In this document: piece after piece, positions 50,732 to 63,435 of the stretch
How positions within the stretch are numbered: the stretch's first letter is position 1
Layout of the letters: each line of letters starts with the position of its first letter
Source of the DNA: Octopus sinensis
Lineage: Eukaryota
Direction: 5' to 3'
Assembly (NCBI RefSeq): GCF_006345805.1
Contig: NC_043010.1
Location: 45,322,001-45,386,000 of the forward strand
Length of the DNA stretch: 64,000 nt
Made by a program: the position numbers and the translations under genes
The notes under the pieces: model-generated
What the model was told of the DNA's origin: nothing
Databases searched by the model: none
What the model saw: only the letters and a program-made list of their open reading frames with translations

Positions 50732-50910
50732 CATGTCAGCCCTGATTGGACAAATCTATGATTGAGGCAATTTGGGTATAAGCATCCAATTATTTTGTAT
50801 ACCAGGGACTACATTATCTAAAGTATCCTTTGTTTTTTATATAATAATAGACTATGATTTAAGTGGCTGCTATTTCTAGCAAGTTATCAAGCCACATAAA
50901 AGTTCCTTGT
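50732..50910 (+). repeat. Unclassified dispersed repeat F (related pieces at about 48180-48250, 55182-55345 and 60520-60700)
   Basis: Shared motifs CAGCCC.GAT.G..CAGA..TATGAT, GGACTAYATTAYC and TGGCTGCTATTTCTAGCA. Confidence 0.45.
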
Positions 50911-53596
50911 TAGTTAGATTTGCAGAGTTCTTGCTAGCCAAGTCACTCAAATGTTGGACTTAAGGCCAAAAGATCAACCATTTGTATCTCATCAATAATG
51001 CTGTATTGTTTAGAGACTTATGATTATCACTTGCTAGCTTAGACTCTCTTGTCGTAAGTGAGGCCAGAGATGTTTATATTGTTAAAACATGTAGTTCTCT
51101 GTTCAATCCCATTGCACAGCACTTTGGGCAATTATCTTCTGTCATACTTTCAGGTTCAGCAATTCCTTGCAAGTACAATATGTTGTTTTTTGTTGTTTTT
51201 TTTGTTTGTTTTTTGTTTTTTTTTTTGTGTGTTTCTTGTACCAATGTATATCAGCAAGAAAATCAGTTAGCTGACATGATCAAGCGAAAAATTTCATGTA
51301 TTTATTCTGAGTAGTACAAACACTCCCAATATCACTTTTACCATTGCAAGTGTAAGGAAATGGTGATCAGCTCATTGGAAATCTATAACCAATGATTCTG
51401 TTGTTCACAAAATGCTTGATAGAAAAATTTAAAACAGTTAGCAGTAACTGAACGCAGCTCAACATTTGCAAAAACAGCAAGTGTTTTGTTAGCTTTCTTT
51501 ACAGCTTAGTTCTAGTTTTGGACTTGGAAAAGGCAATAGTAAACATCTCCAGTGTATGTTATACCTTAACATGACTGATATAAGGAATCTGAGAAGTCAT
51601 CCTTGCGATAGCCAAGTGAATTGTTTTCTGATAGACTGCTGCTTCTCATTTTAACTATGCAGCAATTAGTTTGCACTCTGCTTTGAGAGAAGACAGCATT
51701 CCATATGATTTAGTCTTCGGTAAATAGATAAATTATCAGACACCCAACCAACAGGCTATAAGTTCAAATCCATTGCAACTGTTTTAACATGCTTCAGTTT
51801 ACTTAGGTGTGGGGAGTTGTGTGGTTACAGTAGTGTTTGAGTTCTTGGAGATATTGTTTTATTTAGCTGAAAATAGGTGTCCTTCTCACTCTATGAACAT
51901 AAATAAAGTAAAGTCCCAGTCTTAAATTATTTTTTGTTTTATTCAGTTATAACCATTCACAAGTGTAGAATGGCTGCAGTGGCCATGAGTGTAGAGACCA
52001 TCAGAGAATAAGGAAAATACAAATATAGACTGTAAAAAAATTGAGTTCAGAATAGAGAAATGCAATAGATACAGGATTGCCTTTAGCTATGATATAGTTA
52101 ATTCTATGTTAAGAAATTTCTCAACACCACTATAGAATCTTTATATATGATTTAAAGTGGAAAGCATTCATTGGATGAATCATCTTATAGAAATCTTCTT
52201 CCTGGTCAAGCAATTTGATATATAGCGGGGTTAATGTATCACTAAGAAAATTTTTTAAAAGCTTTTTAAATTCAAATTTGAACTTTCCTTGTTTCAAAAA
52301 CACATTAACTCTTAACATCCTGTTGAAAATGTTCCAATTCAGTTGCCCACTTTTATAATAATTCTATTATAATACAGGAATGAATGATAAAAGAAGTGAT
52401 TAGTGTGTGTGTGTGTGTGTGATCTTTTTGTTTTTTCTTGCTGCCTTAAAAATAAATGTAAACAAGGTTTATATTTGTATGATATCATGCATTTCAGGAT
52501 TGGCTAACTGAAGCAGTTCCATGTTGTAGTGGGAGTTAATACTGGGTAGATTCTGAAATAACTGCCTGTAAAGGAAATACTTATCTAAAGAATTTAAATT
52601 TTTGTTGCTTTTAGTATATAGTATTACTCCAATTTAGTAAAGGTCCTATAACTTATGGTACCTTAAGGTATCATAAAAGATTCCTCTTCAGCTACTAGTT
52701 ATTCAAAAGATAATATACTGTCCTGTTTACATTAGGGGACTCTTTTTTTCTCTCGTGGTACATATTTTTTTACATAGACAAATTAGATCATGGAGAACAT
52801 AATCAATTTTGTAATTTGTAGTTCTCTTTGATAATTTATGATTATTGTTTAGTATTCATTTCTGAGGCTTATTTTCTGGCTTATTATCATTTCCAATGGG
52901 CTAAGCAGCCACATAGATGTTTCCTTGTTGTCTAGTATAATTATTGTTAGTACTTGAATGTGGTGAATAACCTCAAATTTCAGCAAATTGTGTAATTCTC
53001 TTTTTATTTTTGTTACATATTCATTCATTGCCTGTGTATTGGCACTGTAGATTACAAAACTACATGTCAAATTTCATTTAATTCAGTCACTGCCATTACA
53101 GTTTTTTTTTGTTTTTTTTTACCTGCTTTGTTGTTAAATGGAGTATTTGGAATTTTAATGCTTTGCTCAGTGTAGAATACAATTCCACTAACAATGATAT
53201 GAACTTTGTTTGCAGGACAAAGAAAATGTATTGTCTGGTCCTTGACAGATACTTTCATTTGTGTACTAAATTCTTTGTTGGTGATTTGTATCATCTAATA
53301 TTCTTAACTTTGGCTTAAAGATTTGCCCCAAAGCATTCACTCTCTACTTAATTTTCTCAGACTACTGAGTGTGGAGCAGTAACAAATGCTTTGTATTGAA
53401 TAGCAAATAAAATGTGGCACCATCTTATATAATGAGGCTTTAAGTATCTTAGCTATCTTTAAATAGTGGAGCTTCCATGTTTTTAAGGTCTTGGTTCATT
53501 TATTAACACTATTTTAGGAAAATCTAAATAAAGTAATTCTGAATAACATTTGCATGATAAACAACAGTAGGTGGGTGTAACTCATTGGATCATTGA

Positions 53597-53813
53597 CCTT
53601 TTAGTATTTAAACCTGCAATTTCAGGTAATATATCCTACCTGTTTTATGTTCAAACTGGCCAGATCTAAATTGTCTCACCTATCCTACAATGTCAAACTA
53701 GAAATAAGCAATCACATCAAAAACTCATAGCTACAAGATAATGAATGATTAATTCAAAACAATGTGAATAAATGAACATTACATTTGACAGAATAATTTG
53801 AATGTTAAAGAGA
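53597..53813 (+). mobile_element. TTAA-type MITE, decayed copy
   Basis: Body homologous to 63216-63435; termini degenerate. Confidence 0.7.
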
Positions 53814-54380
53814 TTTAAAAACTGAAGGTAATAAAATATACAGTAAGAAAAAACCCAATAATGATTAATTTTTTTTCCCCATTTTGTTTTGGGCTCATAT
53901 ATCAAAACCTATTTATTTCATTGAAGATATTTAAGATCATCTTTTTCACACTTCACTGCATTACTAGGTAAGAATGTCATAAAGCTCAAGAAATCTTTAT
54001 CATATCTCTAAGCAAAAATTCTTTAAATTGTTTTTTAACCATTAAGTTTTGCTTTCTCTTCACTTTCCAGTGATCAAAGAAAGTAGCTTCTATGCAGTTG
54101 TTTACTAGAAATATTAAACAAATCTTCCTCAAATCACATCTTACCATCTCAAATAAATGTACGTTGAATGATATAGTCCGTCATATATAAAAAGACAGGA
54201 TGGTCACAACTGAAACACTCCCATGTTCATATGTGTTCTCAATTAGAGAGGAGTTTGAACTTAACAATTTTCTCCTGATGTCCATCCTTTTCATTTTATA
54301 AATGTCCTACTTAATCATTCAAAGTATAATTACATGGTCAACCTTGCTACAATAACTTAATTTTATCAGTTTATTGTGTA

Positions 54381-54755
54381 CTAGCAGTATCGCCCGGCGT
54401 TGCTCAGGTTTGTAAGGGAAATAACTATAAAGCATTTTTAGAGAGTTATAGCCAAAAAAATGGAACAAAATGATGGTAAATTTTTTTTTGAGAGTTAAAA
54501 AAGGTGGAGTTGTGTCCCCTAGACAGTTTGTGGTTTGTGTTTCTGATTCTCGACCCCATGTCGAATTTATCGATTTTTTTCAGAACTGGGGGAACTTTTC
54601 AAAATTTTCGCTGCGTTAGTTTTGAATTATGACATTGGGCTATGTGTGTGTCAAGTTTCATCAGAATCGGTTGAAAGCCATGGTCAGAGTGAGGGTACAA
54701 GCAAACAGACACACAGAAACACGCACAGACAAACTGCCGTTTATATATAGAGAGA
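54381..54755 (-). mobile_element. Non-autonomous Helitron (375 bp)
   Basis: Minus strand reads A|TCTCTCTATATATAAA ... ACAAACCTGAGCAACGCCGGGCGATACTGCTAG|T. Confidence 0.85.
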
Positions 54756-54870
54756 TGTTGAAATTACTTCTATTGGAAATACTTTGTTTTTCTTTCCATC
54801 TGTGGCAACTTTTTATTTATTATAAATTGTGAGAAGTAATTACATTATTTATTGCATTTAGTAGATTTAA

Positions 54871-55097
54871 CCTTTTAGCATTCAGATTATTTCATCAGGG
54901 GTTATGCGTATTTATTCACATTGTTTTGAATTAAGCATGCATTATCTCATCTCGTAGCTTCAAGATGTTGATGATATATGATTGTTTACTTTTAGAATGA
55001 CATTGTGGGGTAGGTGTGAGAGATTGGATCTGGTCACTTTGAACATAAAACATGTAGAATATTTTGGCCAGATATGGCTGGTTTAAATCTTAAATGG
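54871..55097 (-). mobile_element. TTAA-type MITE
   Basis: TTAA|CCTTTTAGCATT ... AAATGG|TTAA, with the body in reverse orientation relative to 63216. Confidence 0.75.
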
Positions 55098-55377
55098 TTA
55101 AAAAGAAAACTTTAAAAAAAAAATCTTTTTTCCCCCATTTACTTTGTACAAATTATAAATTATTAGCCTTTTTTCTCAGCTGTTGTTTAGCCCAGGCCAA
55201 CCCCTTTTTGAACAGATGCACCTTCATTCCAGTCATGACATCACATCCTTCTACTAATTAATCAGGGATGGTGTATCTAAAACTATGTCTTAATGTTTTT
55301 AAGATGTTAGGGTGTGATCTGAGAGATTTCTGTCAGCTTGATCGACTGATTAGAGGCTTCATTATTAGCTCCCTCAC

Positions 55378-55512
55378 CGCTGAGGTCAGCTTTGCCTTTC
55401 ATCCTTTCCTGGTTGATAAAATAAATATCAGTTGAGCACTGGGGTCGATATAATTGACCTGCCCATCCCCTGAAATCTGATTGCTAGCCTTGTACCAAAA
55501 TTTGAAGCTATT
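55378..55512 (+). mobile_element. SINE family A 3' fragment (tail type 2)
   Basis: GCCTTTCATCCTTTC...CACTGGGGTCGAT...CCTTGTACCAAAATTTGAA. Confidence 0.8.
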
Positions 55513-55821
55513 ATTAGCTGGATTTTCCCTTTTCCCCCCACCCCCACCCCAGTGACTGGAGCCAATTTCCAAATGCCCAAGGTTTTATTTCTATAGCTTC
55601 TTCACTTGCATTAGTAATATTTCTAAGCTGGTTGAGAATATCCCACATTCTCATTTTTGTGCTTTCTATAGATTTAAAACCCTTTGTATGTCTGTAGAAT
55701 CATTTTGCATTAAAACCTTTTCCTAAATCATGCATTTATTCATCCCGTCATTTACATTTCTCACAGTGGTTATTCTCCAGAGATGTAGATAAGATTGTCT
55801 TGACTTACATCTCTTTTATGT

Positions 55822-55840
55822 TATATATATATATATATAT

Positions 55841-55873
<33 letters not shown>

Positions 55874-56118
55874 GTAATATATATATATATATTATATATA
55901 TATATATAATATATATATATGTATATATATATGTATATATATATGTATATATATATATAATATATATGTATATATATATGTATATATATATGTATATATA
56001 TATATATATATTATATGTATATATATATATATATATATAGTATATATATATATATATATTATATATGTATATATATATGTATATATATATATATATATAT
56101 ATCTATATATATATATAC
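55822..56118. repeat. (TA)n array
   Basis: Direct reading of the sequence. Confidence 0.95.
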
Positions 56119-56721
56119 TCATACCAATGTAACCTCATTTATCGTATTTATATTTCTCCACTCACCCCTTTACCTGTGTTAGCTTTCCCTAAAAAAAAAT
56201 TCTTATTCTATTGCATTGAAGTTCAGTTTAATACAATAGATGTAGTTAATGTTTACTTGTTTCTACTACATCTATTATGTAGACAGTCTTCTAACATGTC
56301 CGTCATCAAAGTTTACTTACATCCTTTTGTAGAATCTGATTTATCAAACTTTAGTTTGTCTTTCCCACAACTTAGTATTTCAGTGAACATATGTACCAAT
56401 AAGAAAATATTTTTGTTGTTTATATTTAGCTTACTTATCATAAAGAAATGAGGCAGAATTACTTGGTATGTGTGCTTACTAAGAACTCAACTAATTCTTT
56501 GCTCCTTCTGAATAGTTCAACAGTGTGACCTCTTTATTATTACTCTTTTAAGGGCACTCAAATATCAGAGGACAAAATGGTTCACTTATAAATATATTGT
56601 ATTTATTTGAATGTCTACTACTTTGCATGTGAATCTGTAATCTTAGAGAAGTTTGTCACTTCTATGTACTGTATTTATTATTATTATCATTATTATTATT
56701 TATTTATATATTTGTTTCTAG

Positions 56722-56804
56722 GTTCTGCCGTTGTGATTTTACTTGAAACAATGAAGAAGAAATTCCGTTGCTGATCTTCCTTGGGGAATTACAGATAATT
56801 TGAA
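56722..56804 (+). other. Candidate 83-nt non-coding (5' UTR or lncRNA) exon
   Basis: T-rich tract TTTGTTTCTAG|G and a perfect donor GAA|GTAAGT. Stops in all three frames; contains a short ORF MKKKFRC*. Confidence 0.45.
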
Positions 56805-57751
56805 GTAAGTGTACAAAAATTTCATTTAATCAGTGTCAATTATTCATTCTCACAAGTTTTCGTCTCTATTCTAATTCCCTACTTTTCACTTTGAAATCTT
56901 CAGCCAAACCTCTTAATTATAATGCTTAAAATATCTTGTCAGATTGTTCTTCTCAGGGTTTTTTTTTTTTAAGTGTAACCCTTTTGTTAATATATTTCTG
57001 TCGAGATACTCTGTCTTTACTTCAATTAGTTTTAAATATCATGTTGAATTTAGTAAAATAACTTTGTTATTATTAAGCTGGTGTTTGTAACATATCTTTG
57101 ATGGAAGTTTTTAGTTCAGAACTTTTGAAAACATGTTTGACATTTGTACTATAGAGCCGGGGAGCATTCTCAGGCAGGATGGTTATCAAAAGGGTTAATA
57201 AAGAGCTACAGCTGGATGAGGCATTTAATATCGAGCTATATACCTAAGGATTCACAGTGGACTGAGTCCATGACCAAAACCCTTCATTACCATTTGCCAA
57301 AGTTTGCCTGACTGCAAATAAAATAGAATAAAATTCATTCATTTATATATGAAATAAAGCATGATGCATACATACAAGTTCAGTTTTGAGAGAGATCAAA
57401 ACAATTAATATTGAAGATAAAAATAGATAACCTACATTAGTAGTATAAGAAAGAAGTAGAATAGAGTTTTATGTATACACTTGGCCTCAAACAGCTTTCT
57501 GATTAATTCATTTTGTGTACAACAGTGAGGTTAATGGCATTCTAAATCAGATAGTTCTATAGGTGATAATACTCACTGTCATAAGCAACAAGAGCATTGG
57601 ATGATTTACTAATGTTTCAATAGCTTTCTCTGCTTAATTCAAGTCTACAAGTTTGCTTGTGGAATTGATGAGCCGATGCCAAGCTCAAATACAAAATCTT
57701 TGAATGCGTTCTCTATGATTCAAAGTACCCTAATCTGACTCAATCACTTAG

Positions 57752-57968
57752 CTCTTTAGCATTTAAATCAGCCATATCCAGCCATTCTACTTGCTTTAAT
57801 GTTCCAAACCAGCCAGATCTGGCCTCTCACACCTACCTTACAATGTCGTTCTAAAAAGAAACAATCACATCTTTGAAATCATGAAGCTGTGAGATAATGC
57901 TTGATTAAGTCAAAACAGTATAAGTAAATAAGCACTACAGTTGACAGAATATTGTGAATACTAAAGGG
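57752..57968 (+). mobile_element. TTAA-type MITE
   Basis: TTAG|CTCTTTAGCATT ... AATACTAAAGGG|TTAA. Confidence 0.75.
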
Positions 57969-57987
57969 TTAAGCTTTTGAAAATATA

Positions 57988-58110
57988 TGTCATCATTGTC
58001 CCTTGGTTTTAACGTCTATTTTACCAGGCTTGTATGGGTTAGATGAGAGTATGTTGGGAAAGAGCTTTCTATGGCTGGATGCACCTCATTTTAATAACTT
58101 CCATCTGTTT
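57988..58110 (-). mobile_element. Decayed RTE 3' tail
   Basis: TTTAACGTCTATTTT...CTTTCTATGGCTGGATGC. Confidence 0.55.
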
Positions 58111-58254
58111 CCAAGTTGGGTAATAATCTCCCAGTCTATCAAACAACAAACAGCTTGGACATGCTTTTGTAGTAGACTGCAAGCAAATGGCACTGATAGT
58201 GAAGCCATTGTTTACTGATCAAACAAACAAGGACATGTATAGACATAAAAAAAA

Positions 58255-58445
58255 ATACCCACCCACTGTCATTCACAAATGTACGCACAAATACACACAC
58301 GACAGATTCCTTTCAGTTTCCATTTACCACATCTACTCACAAGGTTTTGGTCAGCTCTAGGCTATCCTAGAAGATACTAACATAAGTTGCTATACAGTGG
58401 GACTGAACCCCAAACCAAGAAGTAAACTTCTTTACCACACAGAAA
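58255..58445 (-). mobile_element. SINE family B 5' half, decayed
   Basis: CTTTCAGTTTCCATTTACCACATCTACTCACAAGG...GTGGGACTGAACCC. Confidence 0.75.
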
Positions 58446-59230
58446 TGCATGGGTACACATACACACACGTATACACACGAATATAATATCACACTATTTC
58501 TCTCTCTCTCTCTCACTCACCACACACACACACACGTATTACAATGGTATGCTTTGATACTGTACACTTTACCAGACGTTTCAACTCAGTGTTCAATTTC
58601 ACATTCCACTTCTATATCCTGGTTGCATTATAACCTTAGTATCTTCATAAGGATAAGCTAGATTGTTATAAAGATGAGTTGTGTATTATCAGAAAAATCA
58701 CATGACCAAGCATTATTTTGAAAGCATTTACTACATATGTTTCAAGTTGTTACGTATATATCAGTTAGCATTTCAAAACTGTGTGGGGGTGTGCAATACA
58801 ATAAGTTGGCTGTTGTAGGAAAATATATTTATATGGCTAGACGTAATTGATGTATTGAATAATAGATAAAATTTAGGTTAAAGTGTAGTTTTGAAAAATG
58901 TGTTTTTGCAAGACTGTGTTATTACTATTTGAAAACCCCAACAACTGACCAAATACATTTTTCTTTTTTTCGTAGCTTGTTCCCTATTCTCTAACTTACC
59001 TGATGAGCTGAGAGGAGACTTTTCCAAAAGTATTAATAACATAAATGAAACAATCTTATGATAGAAGTGCTGTAGCTTAGGAGTAAGTTTTCTGTATGTT
59101 GTCAACAATATGGTTTCAATTCTCAACTAAAATTATTTCACTTGTGTTGCTGAGATCTTTTGGAAAGTCTCCTCTCAGTCCTTCATATAAATCAGAGACC
59201 AATAGGGGAAAAGCAAAAAGAAAAAAAAGA

Positions 59231-59626
59231 TGTGGCTGTGTGGTAAGTAGCTTGTTTACCAACCACATGGTTCCGGGTTCAGTCCCACTGCGTGGCACCT
59301 TGGGCAAGTGTCTTCTACTATAGCCTCAGGCCGACCAAAGCCTTGTGAGTGGATTTGGTAGACGGAAACTGAAAGAAGCCCGTTGTATATATGTATATAT
59401 ATGTGTGTGCATGTTTGTGTGTCTGTGTTTGTCCCCCTAGCATTGCTTGACAACCGATGCTGGTGTGTTTATGTCCCCATTATTTAGCGGTTCGGCAAAA
59501 GAGACCGATAGAATAAGCACTGGGCTTACAAAAGAATAAGTCCCGGGGTCGAGTTGCTCGATTAAAGGCGGTGCTCCTGCATGGCCGCAGTCAAATGACT
59601 GAAACAAGTAAAAGAGTTAAGAGTAA
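59231..59626 (+). mobile_element. SINE family B, young and near full length
   Basis: Close match to 23178-23565 with CpGs largely retained. Confidence 0.92.
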
Positions 59627-60261
59627 ATAAAGGTATTTATTAAGTCAGATTTTGTTTTTGTTTTTATCCTCAGCTTCAGAGGAATTTTCAAATAGATTTG
59701 AGTAACTCCCCAAATAGATCTGTAAGCTCCCCTCTTCAAACTTACAGGCAATGGCACAGTTTTGCAAAAACTCATTTTCTAAAATACTTTACTATCCAAA
59801 CTTTATTTATAACTCTCAATATACTTCTGGCTACTATAAACATCTTTTCTTAAGAGGAACATTATTCATTCCATGCCCTTCCTATGGACATGTAACTATA
59901 GCAGTTCTTGTCGAAAATGGAGACTTAGATGCAGCAGTACTTGCCAAATTCTTACTACCAAATTGCAGACTGACTTAGTCAACTGACAGTTTGTACCTAC
60001 TAGACTAACAAACTAAAAATGAAACAAAACTCCTGTGAAGCTTCTGCATCATGACTCAACTTGTTTGATTTATAGGACAAATCTCTTGATAAAGTCCCAA
60101 ATATCTTGAAAATAGTGACTCTGTATTTCAAGTGCATATTCCTAGGGCTGTATGATCCACAGTGAGTACAGCCCGCCCGCAGATAGGAGTTATCAACTCA
60201 ATGTTATGTTATGATCCAAGTACTATGTCTATTTCAGTAGAGCTGATTTGTATTACATATA

Positions 60262-60406
60262 GGTGGTGTTAGGAAGGGCATCCAGCCGAAGAAACATTGC
60301 CAGATCAGACTGGGCCTGGTGCAGCCTTCTGGCTTCCCAGACCCCAGTTGAACCGTCCAACCCATGCTAGCATGGAAAGCGGACACTAAACGAAGATGAT
60401 GATGAT
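60262..60406 (+). mobile_element. 145-bp RTE 3' tail
   Basis: GTTAGGAAGGGCATCCAGCC...CCATGCTAGCATGGAAAGCGGAC, then (GAT)n. Confidence 0.9.
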
Positions 60407-61386
60407 AGGCATGATGTTTTGTTGATCTTTAACACCACTGCAAGATTCATTTTGAACAACCTAAAAAAAAAATGTATTTGTTTGGCTCTAGGTTTTACTT
60501 ATCTTATCATTGCTCATGTTCAGCCCCAAATCAACCATGACGGAGCAGATTTATGATAAAAACATTCTCATTGTTAGGTATTGCATGTCAAGGACTATAT
60601 TACCCAATGTGTCTATTTTCAAGTTGATAGAACACTGTTTGAAGGAAACTTGGCTGTTATGTCTAGCACATTGAGTGACTACATATACGTTCCCTGGTAT
60701 TGATTTTTATATAGGTTTTTGTTAAATATTTTGTGGTGGGAATAACTAACAGCACTTGACCCTTAATTATATCAACTAGTATTGTTTTTTCTACTCTCAA
60801 AGAGTTGTAATGAACTTCAGCTTTATTAGAACCTGAACTTGGAATCCTAAAAGGAATTTAAAACTAAATGCTGTAATAATTTAGTCTGGCATTTTGCTGA
60901 TTAGATATTTTCCCTGCATTGGCATCTTTCATTATTAAAAATGTGTAGATTTACTTTTGATACCAGCCGTTGCATATATTTAAAACCATGTTAAGCAATT
61001 CATTGCCATCTTTCCTCATAACTTTGTGGTTCATGCTCCATAGTTATAGCTGTGTGCGTTATTTTAATTTTATTTCTTCTGTTGATGAGGAAGAACGGGA
61101 GCAGTATCAGTTGGTTGCCCCTTTCCGTCCCTTCCCGCACTTCCTAATCATTTATAGACTTCATAGACCCCTTTAAAGATTTAAAGGCTTGAACTATTTT
61201 TCAAATAGGTTGCTAGAGAGAAAAACCTGAAAAGAATATTCCAGAAAAGATGCTAAACAGTGGCATCTTTTATCATAGCCTTCACTTTAATCTAAGATAT
61301 TGTGAGTGAGATTTCATTGAAAGAAACTGTGTGAACTGTATTGAATGGATTGTACCTATAAAATACTGGTCATGCCTAGTTATATA

Positions 61387-62544
61387 CGAGGTGGTATCAG
61401 AAAGTTTTAGACTAGTTATGTTTAATAAAAAAAAATTATTTACCTAAGTTTTAACATAATCTCCTTTGAAAATAGTCACCTTGCACAGCAAAACACCTGT
61501 CCCAGCTTTCCTGCTACTTTTGGAATCTGGTGAGTCAAGGACCTTTTGCAATTTGCTCTTGATCTCGACAATAGTGTTAAAATGCAATCTTTGAGCTGCA
61601 TTTTCATCTTGGGGGAAGCGATTGAAGTCCGCAGGTGAATAGGGTGGGTGCAGAAGTAATACCATGTTGTTTTTGGCAAGATACTTGTGAAGGTGACAGG
61701 GTGCATTGTCATGAAGAATCCAATTCTTCACACTCCAGATCCAGTCGTTTTCACCAAATGTCCTCCCTCAAGCACTTCAAAACGTCGCAGTAGAATTCTT
61801 GATTGACAATCTGGCTCTGGGGAATGAATTCTTGATGCATTAAATTAAGATACAAGTGGCCAAGCAGAATCTGCTCTGCTCTACAGCTCTGAATGTTGGT
61901 CTTTTGTGATAACCCAACAGTAAGCACTAGATGGCTTATACACCTGACTTCTGCACAAGGCTTTTAAAATCTCTTATGCCAATCATATATCAAACAAGTT
62001 ATTATATGGATCTTTCCTCCAGACAATTAAAGATGGCTAAAATTCATATGCCAGTGTTTTCATTGAATAGATCAACCTGTCACTGCACATTTTCTCTATA
62101 ACCTTGTGAAGACATTAAAGACTGGTGGTCAGGTTCACAGGTGTCAAAAAAAAAAAAAACAATGAGCAGGCTCTCGATTGAGTAGCAACTCTGTCATGCC
62201 TTTTTCGGCCATGGAGATGAAGGGCTCTTCCAGTGTGACGACTGCTGATTCATCTTTGAACCTTGTTCTGTGTCTCTGTAGCAGACTTCCCAAGTTTAAC
62301 ACAAAATTTTACATTGGCCCTTTGTTCCAATTTCCTGTTCATTTCAAAAATCGCAGATTACATCATACACGTGATCACAAAAACACAAATTTCACAACTT
62401 TCAAAGTAAACAGCATGAGGCAGTGTGTCACTTGGCACACTGCCTCATGAAGGTCACTGCTAGCTCTCACTGCACAGGCAACCATGTGCTGCCATCTGTT
62501 GGTGCACTACAGAACTAATCTGGAAACTTTTTGATATCACCTTG
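61387..62544 (-). mobile_element. Internally deleted mariner transposon with both TIRs and TA target duplication
   Basis: About 31-bp TIRs (CGAGGTGGTATCAGAAAGTTTTAGACTAGTT versus CAAGGTGATATCAAAAAGTTTCCAGATTAGTT), TA at 61385 and 62545. Peptides EQRANVKFCVKLGKSATET, QQSSHWKSPSSP..KKA, HQEFIPQSQIVNQEFY, HDNAPCH and HPPYSP. Confidence 0.92.
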
Positions 62545-62965
62545 TAGTGTCAAGCTACTTCAGTCTGTGTTAAAAATATGTCTCTGAAATACTTTTTTTT
62601 CTTATCAATATATACCATATCACTCATGAATGGTGTACAGTCCTGTATTCCACATAATTTCACAGACGTTCGATCGGTGGACCTGATCACCAGTCTTCAA
62701 TGTCCTCACAAGCTTATAGAGAAAATGTGCAGTGACAGGTTGATCTGTTCAATGAAAACACTGGCATATGAATTTTAGCCATCTTTAATTGTCTGGAGGA
62801 AAGATCCATATAATAACTTGTTTGATATATGATTGGCATAAGAGATTTTAAAAGCCTTGTGCAGAAGTCAGGTGTATAAGCTTGCTGTTGGGTTATCACA
62901 AAAGACCAACATTCAGAGCTGTAGAGCAGAGCAGATTCTGCTTGGCCACTTGTATCTTAATTTAA
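61840..62965. repeat. Inverted repeat, arms 61840-62138 and 62677-62965
   Basis: Manual alignment gave 7 substitutions and one 10-bp indel over about 290 bp. Confidence 0.95.
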
Positions 62966-63215
62966 CTAGTAGGTAGTTCAGTTGTTTGTACAGATGATTG
63001 CTCATCATCAAAACTGATAGATGTATCATATAATAGTTTTACTTTAGTAAAATTGTGTTTGCTAGGCAGATAGCTTTTTCTTGGATGTAAATGAGAGAGA
63101 GTGTGTGTGTGTGTGTGCAAGAGAACTGTATTTTATTAGGGTTTTGTATAGGTTTTTACATACAAGTACAAATTTTAGTTCCCTTCAGGCAAGTCTAGTC
63201 TAGTACAGACTTTAA

Positions 63216-63435
63216 CCCTTTAGCAATCAAACCGGCCGTATCAGGCCAAAATATTTAGCTTGTTTTCTGTTGAAACGGACCATATCTGGTTCTTCACCTC
63301 AACCTTACAATATCATTCTAAAACTAAACAATCACATCATCGAAATCTCTCAACTACAAGATAATGCATCATTAATTCAAAACAATATAACGATACAAAC
63401 ATTATATTTGACAGAATAATCTGAATACTAAAGGG
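63216..63435 (+). mobile_element. 220-bp MITE with TTAA TSD and CCCTTTAG TIRs (piggyBac-like ends)
   Basis: TTAA|CCCTTTAGCAAT ... AATACTAAAGGG|TTAA. Four related copies occur in the window. Confidence 0.85.

Noticed and set aside
5991-56122. Dozens of ORFs rich in IYIY, YIHT, CVCV or HTHT, up to 240 aa
   Set aside because: They are translations of (TA)n, (TG)n and (TATG)n arrays, which lack stop codons. Only the GIY-YIG part of 25055-25777 is a real coding relic.
1-59626. tRNA-like A/B boxes
   Set aside because: All are SINE heads that continue into SINE bodies; none forms a complete cloverleaf that I could verify.
61840-62965. The inverted arms as TIRs of a TTAA (piggyBac-like) element
   Set aside because: The ends lack the CCC terminus, and the spacer is the collinear 5' half of the mariner plus its flank. 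A templated insertion explains it better.
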